Notes under the pieces: generated by a model | Database searches by the model: none | What the model saw: only the letters and a program-made list of their open reading frames with translations | What the model was told of the DNA's origin: nothing | Source: Haplodiscus bocki | Lineage: Eukaryota | DNA: 64,000 nt | NCBI GenBank assembly: GCA_965655095.1 | Contig: OZ296648.1 | Location: 95,852,001 to 95,916,000 of the forward strand | Reading direction: 5' to 3' | Shown here: one piece after another, positions 26,701 to 38,050 of the stretch | Position numbering within the stretch: the first letter of the stretch is position 1 | Layout: each line of letters starts with the position of its first letter | Program-made: the position numbers and the translations under genes

Positions 26701-28386
26701 TTGTCAGAAGTTTTGTTCTCTATCTTTTTCGTAGTTTTAGACTGATCCGCATTTTCGGCTGTTGGGTTTTGGAGGGCGGTCCTGGAATTTTCTAAAAAGT
26801 ATCAGCTTATCAGAAGTTTTTCTTCTCTGAAAATCTCCCTTGCACAAACACTGCTTTTGTTTCTGTATCTGGAAGAAGATTGAAAAACAATGTCATAAGC
26901 ATTACTTTTGTCATCGGATTTCTCCATAATAAAGTCGCTTTTGTATGGCAATTTTGATATTATTGTGTCTACTATATAAATATTTTGAGTTTGAACAATT
27001 TTTTTGAGGAACATTTGATAGGGGGACATTTTTTGTATGGGCAGGGATGCATCTTTATTTTCCCGTTTTTCATCTGCTAGGGCGGTATTTTGTCTGTCAA
27101 ACGTACGCTAACCTTTTCCGCTTTTTATTTCTTTTAACATCAAGTCTACGTTGTTAATGCAACAGATATCATTTGAATTTTCTGACAAGATTGTCGAGCT
27201 CACACCTTCAACAAAAACGTCAACTACAGAAGACAAGAAAAAATAAAACGTGTTTACAGGAACAAAATGGGGATTCAAAAACTATTCTATTACAGCCCAA
27301 TCTCTAGTATTTTTTCACCATGCCGACGAAGACTAAAACACTTTTCATTTAGAAAAATTGAAATGATTTTTCCACACTGTGAGCTTTCTTTTTCGAGATC
27401 ATATTTAGTCAATATATCTAGAAAAACTCCTTTTAAAAGAACTTTTTACTTTCTAGAATTGTTAAAGTGTTACCACTAATTTGAATTAATTTTTCATGAG
27501 GTTCTTCCAGTAATACTAATACGAAACATTGTCTAATCATATTTGGTTTTTCTGATCAGAATTCATGAGAAAAACTAGAGGTAAAATTTATTTTGGATAC
27601 GCTGTTTATTTTTCTCTGAAGATTTCCAATTTTTTATCTTCATTACTTAATGAACTTAATGAACATCCTCAATCCGGGAAAATATTCTCATCTTAGTATC
27701 ACCAATAGTTTTGGTGAGTGATTCCAAAAATAAAAAAGATCATTTTCAAACTTCTGCTCGCTTATTTCTTCTTGTACTTGTTGATGTTTCAATTTTGAAG
27801 TTCATTGGTTTATTTTTTATTTTTAAAGCAAAATGGTCGTTTACTTTTCGATTGAATAGAAAAATTAGTTTAGTTAAAAAGGACAAAGCTTGAGAAGTAT
27901 GTTCTATCAAATTTACCTTAGATTCTTCACATAAACAGTAATTTCCTTTGTTTTTGTCCTTTGATTTATCTGTATAAAGATAGCAAAAATGTTCCTTCTA
28001 AGTTTCTATGCAGAAAGGTTTTCATATTCACTGTAAGACACACCAAACCTACTCCAGCTTAAATTTTACGTCAGCTTAAACAAAACTAATTCTTCTTGCT
28101 ATTGCTGTCAACTGTTTCTTGAGAAAACGAAAAAAAAAGCTTCTTAGTGAACCTAAAAATTCATGTTTATCCCTCGTGTAAAACCATCAATAAAAATCTC
28201 AGTTTAGTCTAATTTATCATCAAAAATTAAAGTTTGACCTCGACTTTGATCTATTGAGGAATTTCGTAATCCATTTCGAAGTTGTCCGCTTCACAGCTTG
28301 GTTCTGGAGACCTTTTAGTATATCAGTATTGGAAAGATAATAAGAGTTTTGTTCTGGTAAAAATTTATAAAAACAATTTTTTTTTT

Positions 28387-28586
28387 NNNNNNNNNNNNNN
28401 NNNNNNNNNNNNNNNNNNNNNNNNNNNNNNNNNNNNNNNNNNNNNNNNNNNNNNNNNNNNNNNNNNNNNNNNNNNNNNNNNNNNNNNNNNNNNNNNNNNN
28501 NNNNNNNNNNNNNNNNNNNNNNNNNNNNNNNNNNNNNNNNNNNNNNNNNNNNNNNNNNNNNNNNNNNNNNNNNNNNNNNNNNNNNN
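28387..28586. other. Assembly gap (200 N)
   Basis: Run of N; true size unknown. Confidence 1.
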
Positions 28587-29177
28587 AAACCCTGTGCGCG
28601 GTGTTGCAATAGGCTTCACTCGCTCGCTTCTGAAAAAGCTTTACAGAGTTGAAAGAATATTTTGCGCATAGGTCATGGTGATTTGAATTACAATTTCGAC
28701 GATGCAAGGGTGTGGCAGAATTTTTAATCATCCTCACTTGCATATTATAAATGGATAACTGATTACAACTAAATAATTGGCAAACATTACCCAAATTGGC
28801 CGGCCGCTCATGGAGCGCCGTACCATGATTTTTCTAGGTTCATGGATGATATCGATGAATGAAGCATGGATAAATATTGGACGTTGTTCCGTGATTTACG
28901 AGAGTTCTGAATACTTTTCCAGAAAAAACCTTTAGCTTATGTTGAAATAGCAGAAAAACAATGACTTCGGACTATTCGGATGATAAATTGTTTTCACCAT
29001 ATAATTTATCAATAAAGCCAAACATTGGTTCAAAAGAATTCAATTATTGCCAGAAGTTGGTGGGCTGAAATATTCCAATTCTAGATTTATTCCAGTTGCT
29101 TTAAAATGCATAGAAGATGTGAAGCTAAAGTTTGAAAAAAAAGTTGTGAAAAATTAATTCCAAAGATAACAGGTTCC

Positions 29178-29826
29178 GGTGTCAGGACATTTCACCCCGG
29201 TACATTTCACCCCAAAGACATTTCACCCCAAAGACATTTCACCCCTCGGACATTTCACCCCACGGACATTTCACCCCACGGACATTTCACCCCACGGACA
29301 TTTCACCCCACTTTTTGAAAAACGAATACAATGAGTCAAACGGAATAAGAAGAAAGAACAGCTATTGCGTAATTGATGTGTAAATAATAGAACAAACTCG
29401 ATCAAAGGCCTTGACCTAAAAGCCGCCCTTCACTTTTTGAACGCATATTAGTAAACAACGATAAAAAGAATTAAGCATTACGTCATCAACACAAAATTAT
29501 TTTGATATGATGACAGATTGTGACGTTTTAAAACAGCAAAAGATTGTTTATGTTACATATTCCTACACACATATCTACTGATGAACGAATTTTTCACAAC
29601 GTAATGTAGCATGAGTAATCGAAAACGTAATCGAAAAAAAAGAAAGACTGAAGCTCACTTTCTTCTGGAGATTCAATTGTCTCAAGGGGTCATTTTCAGA
29701 CTGCTCAAATTCAGGAGCCTCTTGGGTCGGGGGGCTCAAACTCTACGTGGTAGCGTTGAACAGTGCTTACAGGAGCATATTCACTTGGAGATGAGGTGTG
29801 TTGTGTTCCATTATAGTGTTTAGTTA

Positions 29827-29873
<47 letters not shown>

Positions 29874-30978
29874 GTGGGGTGGTTGAATCAGTGGGGGGGG
29901 GGGGGGGGGGGGTAATTTGAATTACCATTTGAATTACCATTTTTGAGCTTCTACTGTGGGGGGGAATCAACAGGAAACAGAGAAGATCTCAATTATTTAT
30001 CTAACCTCCCACCCGTTGTTTTTTCTAAAAAGCTCTACCACATTATATTTTAGATGCTTTTAAAAGTACGATGTAAATGGGGGAGGGGAGAGATTGAAAA
30101 TGCGGGAAGGGGGAGTTGAATGGGGGGTTGACTTAGTGTGTGTGTGTGTGGGGGGGGGGCATGGTTGAATCAGTGGGAGGGGGTGCGATGATTTGAATTA
30201 GCAATTAATGATGATTTTCTTTTCGTTTCTTGATATATTCATAATTTTATGTTTTCGGCTTTTATGTTATTTGGTAATCCAACGTAAATAACTTGATTAT
30301 TAAATTCTTGAACAAGTTTTGATTCCTGTTGACCCCCCTCCCTCATCTCTTCTGTTTGTGAAATTCTCAAATAATTTTCTAAAATTCGTTTACACGTTTC
30401 GGAAAGTTTATAAACTTGCGAATTCTTATATTTAAATTATAAATTTTGGATTTTCAGTGCTTTGAGTTATTATTTAAATGAAATTAGCGAAAATTCTCAC
30501 TTCACAACTGAGAGTGTAGTGTGCGTGTCATTACAATTAGCAGCCGGTTTGTCCATGACGTGTTCTCAGCCTACACCACACAGTGTACGTGTAGGCACGT
30601 TAAATACGTAACAACGTACGATAATGTTTTAAAAGAATGGAGCTCCTATGCGAAAATTGACAAACTTTAGACATCAATATCTCATTAAGAACGCTAATTA
30701 CCTTTAATCGATGGGCCTAATTATATTAATGATTGCTACTGGTTTATACAGAGTGTTGTTAGGCCACCCTAATTATTTAATTCGGAGTGGCATGTCCTTG
30801 GAGTGAAATGTACGTGGGGTGAAACGTACGTGGGGTGAAACGTACGTGGGGTGAAACGTACGTGGGGTGAAACGTACGTGGGGTGAAACGTACGTGGGGT
30901 GAAACGTACGTGGGGTGAAACGTACGTGGGGTGAAATGTACCGGGGTGAAATGTCCCGGGGTGAAATGTCATGTAACC
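29178..30978. mobile_element. Non-autonomous MULE/foldback-like DNA transposon, 1801 bp
   Basis: TIRs GGTGTCAGGACATTTCACCCCGG / CCGGGGTGAAATGTCATGTAACC; 8-bp TSD CAGGTTCC (29170-29177, 30979-30986); inverted arrays of ~16-bp units (ggacatttcaccccac; acgtacgtggggtgaa). An 8-bp TSD also fits hAT. Confidence 0.85.
29828..29912. repeat. (GT)n microsatellite plus poly-G tract
   Basis: Seen directly; a shorter similar GT/G block lies at ~30135-30180. Confidence 0.95.
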
Positions 30979-31163
30979 CAGGTTCCAAACCTGTCCGAAC
31001 CCTCAATCATTTTTTTCTTATTTCTAGTTTTCTGATTGAATAAACTGTTTCCTCATTTTGTTATATAATAAAAAATACATATGATAAATATAACCATATA
31101 TTTATTAGTAACATGTTCTGATTAGTGTGAATAAAATTTTTGCTTATTTTTATCTCTTCTCAG

Positions 31164-31711
31164 GCCTCTCAAAGGATTGCGATGGATGGCGCTGGCAGTT
31201 TGCAAATGACCAGCAGCCGGAAATACAAACGAAGAGATAACCCAGCTAGCGGAAGCTCCTCGAACAGATTCACGATGCCCTGGAAAGAAAGACATGCCCT
31301 GACAGTGGAGGCAGTTACCCCTATGGACAAGAGACTATCATGTAGCACTGTCACAGCAGACAGCGCAGTCGGCTCCGAATCCCTACAGACTTTAAACGGG
31401 GTCTACTTCCCAGAGACGACCTCTCAGCTAACCCCCCTGGGAGCCCACAACTCTGATGCAGAAAAAAATCCTCAAACCCCTCAGACTACCCACACCACCG
31501 AACACGTACTTTTCGAAACAAGTCTTGCAGCCAACGAGGTTATTGAGGTCCCAAAAGGCAACAACACTTTGAACGAAGAGCATGCCCAGCCGGATCTACC
31601 CGTTCGACAATGTTCCAATGCACCCGAACCTGGACAACAGAAGAAGCCCTCGATGCGCAAATTTAAAATGAGCCCGTTTTTGTTGAGACGCTCCACGACT
31701 ACCTTTGAGAG
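31164..31711 (+). CDS. Class A GPCR exon encoding the long third intracellular loop (phase 0 to 2)
   Basis: Acceptor tttttatctcttctcag|, donor AG|gtatga; 182 open codons, hydrophilic S/T/E/P-rich with basic end (KKPSMRKFKMSPFLLRRSTTTFE); joins the TM6 exon in phase. Confidence 0.8.
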
Positions 31712-31731
31712 GTATGATTACAAAAGGGCTG

Positions 31732-32140
31732 AAGATTTCTTTTGAACGGATGAAAGCGTTTCTTTAACCACTCATTTTTCAAATTCTGTAATTTTTCCCA
31801 ATTTAAAAATTCTCTGATTTCTTGCAAAGCACTTCATAATTAAGGTGGAAAAGAAACTTTCGAGACATAATATCATTTGATACGCATTCTACAGCAAATT
31901 TGCCAACTTTGCCGGTTTTGGAAAAAAATCAGATTTTTTTCAAGAAAGTAAACTTTTTTTAAAATTTGAGAAATCGTACTGTTTCAATATATTCTAGGCA
32001 AATTTTCTACAATTTGGTGATAAAAAATATTAAATTCAGAATCTGGGCTCCCCGGACAACTGGCAAGTAAACGTAAAAAAAGGGTTCGCATTGAGTGATG
32101 ATTTTCCTTCCATATGATAAATGTAGCAGAAATTAATAAT
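31732..32140 (+). repeat. Dispersed ~400-bp repeat family, copy 1 (core tgatacgcattctacagcaaatttgcca)
   Basis: Homologous to ~35860-36175 (+), ~51795-52235 (+) and ~62043-62456 (-). Confidence 0.8.
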
Positions 32141-35100
32141 CATTAATCAGTGTTAATTAATTATCACGATAACTAAGTTAATCATAATTATAATCTAATC
32201 GGAAAACAATATATAACAGTAGTGCTCAGTTCTTCGTGTGCAATCGGTTTTTGTGATGCTTTGCGCACAGATGGCGGCAACACCTATTTTTGATGGGAGC
32301 AATGCTCCACCTTTTAACGTTATGACATCCCAATAATGTTAACCAATTATTTCGTCTATGTATTCTTCATATAAAATACCAAGTTGCGCAAGCAATTTAT
32401 CTAGCCATATTAGCAAAAGATAGATTTGCGGGAGCATCAAGTTGAAGCTCATGGACTTGCTGATAATCATCCGTTTTACCTGGTTCTGAGCTTTGTCAAG
32501 AACTGGAGCGCCATCCTGTGGCAATTTCAGTGCTCTTTTAAACTGCCTTCCCAAAAATTTGCTTTAAAAATTACAATGAAGAATGGTACTTTTTTAGTTC
32601 GGGCTGTCCATACCGATAATTTTGAATTTTTTGAAATGTTTTTTTTCCAGTTTTTCAAGGTAAATTACTCATTAAAATAATTGAAAAATTCAGGGTGATG
32701 AAAGTTGCAAAATTACATCGAAAATCAATTTTTCTAAAACTTTTGGCAACAACTTAAAGTTTGGCAAAAAAAACATTTTTGAAAAAGACCACTATGCTAG
32801 ATGCATTCAACGAGAAATTAGAAAAAAAAACAATGAAATAAAATTTTTTTGTGCACTTTCGCTTGATCGTGCAACTCTCAAATTTGATGTAGAAAACCTG
32901 AATTTTGAGGGAATAAAATTCCTGGGGAAAAAAATTGTAAAACTTTGTGCGGAAACTTTCCAGTGAAAAAACTTTGTTGGATAGAATGTCGATATCCTCA
33001 GGGTTAAAAAAAGATGGTGAGGCCCGAGGTTTGTGGTTCAAATTTCTGTCTATCCCGCGAAATATTTCAATTAGGAAGTTCTAAATTCCTCTGATAAATA
33101 TAATTGGCAAAATTGTCTGGGAAATAGAAAAATGACTAGGCTCATTAAAAAACTTCTCTTCCACGTATTAAAAACGGGGCCAAAAGAAAACTAGAAAGCT
33201 GATGATTGACACTTTGATTTAAGAAAATTAGAAAGTTATTTCGAAAGGAATCGAGTCTGACTATCCAGGCGAATCACTCAAATTTTCAATTTTTCGCAAG
33301 TTCGGCCTATCATATTTCCGTTGCAAGAAATTTTGTGCGCAAAATTTCAAAATAAGGAAACTATTTGCAGGTAAAAATATTTCAATTAAGACGTTGATGG
33401 AAGAAGTGCAGCCAAAAACAGCGTAATTGAATTTTTCCTTTTAATAATCAATGAAAAAAATCAAATCCCTTTTAGCTTCCTGGCTATTTTAGTCCACAAA
33501 GTGTCCTATGCAAGTAGTTTATCCCAAAAAAAAATAAAAGACGTTCTAAAAAAGAAGCTGGTTGATTGAGACCTTGAGTGAGTGATGAAATACAGATTGT
33601 TGTTTTTAGAAGAATATGGTTAGATTATGAGAACGAACCAAATGAATATGCAAAAACTGGGCTTACCGCTTGTCAAGTTTTGGCTGTGGGGAACTAAAGG
33701 CATTTTTTGACAGTCGAGTAGCTTCTTAGAAGTAGAAAAATGTCGACTGAGACAAGGATGAAAAAACTCTAGCTCCGCTAGCTTCGGATAATAATGGGCT
33801 TGAGTTTCGAGAAATATCACCCCTATAAACACTGTTTGATTTAATTCATAAAGATTCGGATGCAGGAAAAGTAAACGAAGTCGTTGTTATTCAGTGACCT
33901 TTTTCAGGTACACTCTTGTTAATAGAGACCTGAATGGGAGTCTTGCGATCGTTAAAATTAGAAAACAAATGAGTTAGAAAACATGGAAAGTTTTCACAAT
34001 TAAGAGACTTTTGGCAGTTTCGGCCAAGCAAGTATCAATTGCTAGGATGTGAATCCATGCAATGATAACTGAGAAGTTTTTGTGCGGTAAGAAACCGTCG
34101 ATTGATTTCTTACTCGGAAAAATGCAGCCGGTTCTTTTGTAGAAATGCAGGTTGCAATTTTGGGGAAAATCTTCTTTCGTTGCACTTTTTGGCCACTCCG
34201 TTGGATAAGTTTTCGATCCAAGGAATTTAGCCGATTAAAAAGGTCTCCATTTTTCAATGAGTGGAATACTGACGAATAAGCCTCGATGGAAGATTTGTAG
34301 TGGGCGTTTTTAGGAAGGAATTAGTTTCTTTTAGGTCAAAACTTATTGCGTTGCAAAGGCCGAAAAGCACGATATTGCTCAGTTAAAACCCGCTCTTATG
34401 CTGGCAATAGTAAACTGACACATTGATTGTTAAAAATCAGCAGGTGGTTTAGAAAACATGTATGACTTTGGAGGAAAACTCTTTCTGCTCTACTTTCTAA
34501 CCTTCAAATTTCAGATTCAAGGTCTTCAAACAAAAGTAATTCAAAAACGAATGACTTTTTAGACGGATGAGAAAAGCGAGGAAGACTTTGATATGAGAGT
34601 GATACTTATTGAGGAAGGTGAGCTTGAACAACCAAAATAATCAATGACATTTTATTGGGACTGATTTGAAAGCAGGAACTACACAAAGCACATAATGACG
34701 TCTTTCAGGTAACATGTTTTTTCATTTTTTCGGTGTTTTTGGCCTAGATAAGAGAAAACACAGGTGTTTGAAACAGTTTTCAAGGAAAAACAATTCCAGT
34801 GGAAAATGTTTTTATACTGAAGACAAAATTTCCACAAAGTGGAAAATAAACGGATAGTATCATTTTTTCTCCTGCTTTTCTAAATGCTTGAAACGGGTTG
34901 AGTTGATTCATCTGGGTAAAAAGAGGAGACTTCGAGAGAAAAAATGGCAGTTTGTCAATGAAACCGTAAAGGATGTCGAAGAAACTGTATTTTGCGAAAA
35001 TGAACCTCGAAAACTACTTGAAAAATTCATGAAACATTAAATTGGTTTTTAAAAAAGTTGCATTTACTTGCATACGACAGTGACACCGAATATTTTTAAT

Positions 35101-37153
35101 ACATTAGAGGCTAACAAAACCGCAGAAGAAAATCTGCGTAACTTCGCAATTTCTGGAAAAGGGAAAAATTGCACTACTGTTTTGAATATTTTCCTTTCGA
35201 ACACTTCTTTGACGCAACTTTCAAAAATCGGCAGAAAACAAAAATTTTGATGGAGTTATAAAAAAGAACAATCCTCAAAACTCAATATTATTTAATGAAG
35301 TGAAAATAATATGGGTGTGTGATGGGTTTCGAACCCATACTTTGCGCTTTGGCACCCTGTTGTTTTATCCAGTTTGCTACAGGAATTTCTGATCAGTTTC
35401 AGATGACAACTAAAACATAAAAATTGATGGCAAAGCAGAGATTCAAACCTGGACATACTGCTCGGGAGATCTTTGTCCAAACCCCACAGTTGAAATGCAA
35501 AATTTTATTAGTACTATAAAATGGCAAAATCTGTCTGGTAAAAAAAGAAAGAAAAACGACACTAGTCATTGAATAATTTTCTTTTCCATTTGAAATATGG
35601 AGGCAGAAAATATTATGAAGAAACCTATTTTCAAACTAATTGAATTGTAGTTTTTTATTGCTGACAGAAATGCATGCAAGCAAATATTTACATTGAAAAT
35701 ACATTAAAAGAGAGAAGGAAAGTAAACAAGACACCCGGCTACCACCGGGATACTTTCCGCCCTCCCACTTTGTTAACGTGTATTAAGGAAAAATTACCTT
35801 CCTTTATGCGTTCTATATCACTTTTGCCTTTTTTCCCATTTTTTAAAATAACTCAAAGTTTTCTTTCTAAAATTTAACTTCTGGTCGCAAAAAGGCATTT
35901 TCAAGAAGTATTACCATTTTATAATGCCTTCAAAATCAAATTTGCTCCTTTTTCCAACTTTTTTCCCAAATTTTTACCAAGAACCATATTTTCGTACATT
36001 TTCAGGAAATCCTACTATGCCATTCGCTTTCTACGGCAAATTTGATGTCATTTGGTCATATAAAATTATCAAACTTTTCAAACTAATCTCATGCAATTGG
36101 CAAGTCAACGTAAAAAACCGCACGTGTTGAATACATGATTCTCCACGCATATTGAAATATGGTGGAAAATAAATTTTGAAGTATGGCGCAAAAATAATAA
36201 AAACAAGCACAAAATCGGATGTGAAACGGTAACCTTCAAAGAAATTACGCAATCCATGTCATTTCCAGATAGAGTGGAAATCGAAATTTGATACATGACG
36301 GCAAGGCTGATATTACAGTCTTTACTGTCGTTAAGATCAAAGAAAGACATGAAAGCAGAATATGGGACATTTTTGGCAGATCGGCTCCAACATTTTTTGG
36401 ATTGCTCTTTGGGAGAAACTTTCGCAGTTCGGAATTGGCGACTCTTTCCTTTCTTTCACAGCTGCCATTTGAATTCTAAAGAAGTTTTGCTTTTGTTTTT
36501 TTTTGCTGTAAAATAGCAAAAATTGAGGTAATTTTTTTAAAAAAGGTATTTACTGCTTCTTTAAGTGAACCATATTTTTGAAAAAAAGTTGAATTTTTTT
36601 AATTACAATCCTCTTTTTCACGTACCAAAGCAATTGCGAAAAAAGAAAGCAGTAGGGCTCTTTGAACATTTTTTAATTACAAGTTTTGGAAAGAAAAACG
36701 TTGAAATCTTACTTACTTGACGACAGAGCGGTGCCGACTCTGAGCTACAGGGGATTTGTTTTTTTCTTAAAATCTCAAGCGCTGAGTCATAGTACTGACC
36801 GCAAAAACCATCCATTTTTGAACTACAACTTTTAAGAATTTTTAGTATAACGTAGGTGGTGTACATGACAATCAGGTATATTTCAGACAAGGAATAAGTA
36901 GAATCCATGGGTCACAGTGAGTTATCGATTTGAACTTTGAATGACCCAATTACATACATTTGCTATTTAGTCTCGTGTGTGAGTCAGTTTGAATGGTATG
37001 AGACTGAATTAGATAAAAAACATTTCAAGGTCTGCCCCTGGTCTAACGGAAGAGCTTTGGACAACTTTTTTGGACTTGTTATGAAACGCGATTTAGGTCG
37101 TTTGATATCACCGTGCACACGCTTTGTTTTAACAAAGATTCGCAAGATGACAT

Positions 37154-38050
37154 CTCAGAGACATTCAGCGCTGATCAGCTCTAATTCAGAAACTTTTCAG
37201 TTCTGATTCAGCGCTGTTCATTACCTGAAAATATCTGAATAGCGCTGATGTAGTTCTTAAAAAAATTAGAGCTAAAAATCAGCGCTGAACGGCATCGATT
37301 TTCTCTGAGACAGCGCTGAATAGCGCAGATTTTTGACGACTTCAGAATGACAATTTTTGGTTAATTTTTCATTTTAAATTTTAGAAGCACAACAATTTCC
37401 AGGCACATAATTCTCACTTTCAGCTTCATTGGCAAAAAAGCAGTGTATAGCAACAATTTAGTTGTTTAATCTTCTCACGGACCAAACATATAAATCTCAA
37501 AGTTTTGGTTCTTTCTGGTATTGCTCAAATAGCAAAACGGATGAGGTTCAAATTTATAAAAGCATTTTTCCTTTTAGTGGGATGAACTTTCTAAGAACAT
37601 TTCGAAAACGTATAGTTTTTGTTGTCATTTTGCAGAATATTGGGGAAATTTACATTTTATTTAATACCAGGAATGCTATTTTAATTACCACTTTATGTGT
37701 TTCCACCACTTCTGACTACATTATCACATTTTGATATTCTCATCTACATGTGTTAATATCTGAGCTGATTCAGAGTAAACCTGCGGTGAATCAGCTTTGT
37801 TCAGCGCTGAAAAGCCAATCTTTCAGAGCTGAAAAAATCGGCGCTGAACAGCGTTGAATCAGAGCTGATTTTCCTTGAAACAGCGCTGAATTTTTCAGAA
37901 ATGAACAGCCCTGATTTAGCGAAAAGCAAAACCAATCAGCTCTGACAGGGCGCTAATGTTTTTAATTTTTACTGAATCAGCGCTGAAAAACGTGAAATTT
38001 CTGAAACAGCACTGTTCAGCGCTGAATACCTCTGGTAGTTCAACCCGGAT
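37154..38050. mobile_element. MITE-like element with many TCAGCGCTGA palindromic subterminal motifs
   Basis: Imperfect inverted ends CAGAGACATTCAGCGCTGA / TCAGCGCTGAATACCTCTG; motif arrays at ~37160-37330 and ~37760-38030; no clear TSD. Confidence 0.65.

Noticed and set aside
28220-28794. ORFs spanning the N run
   Set aside because: Artefacts of translating through the gap.
30769-31006. YVSPHVRFTPRTFHPT repeat ORFs (superficially Pol II CTD-like)
   Set aside because: Products of the 16-bp subterminal tandem repeat of the MULE-like element.
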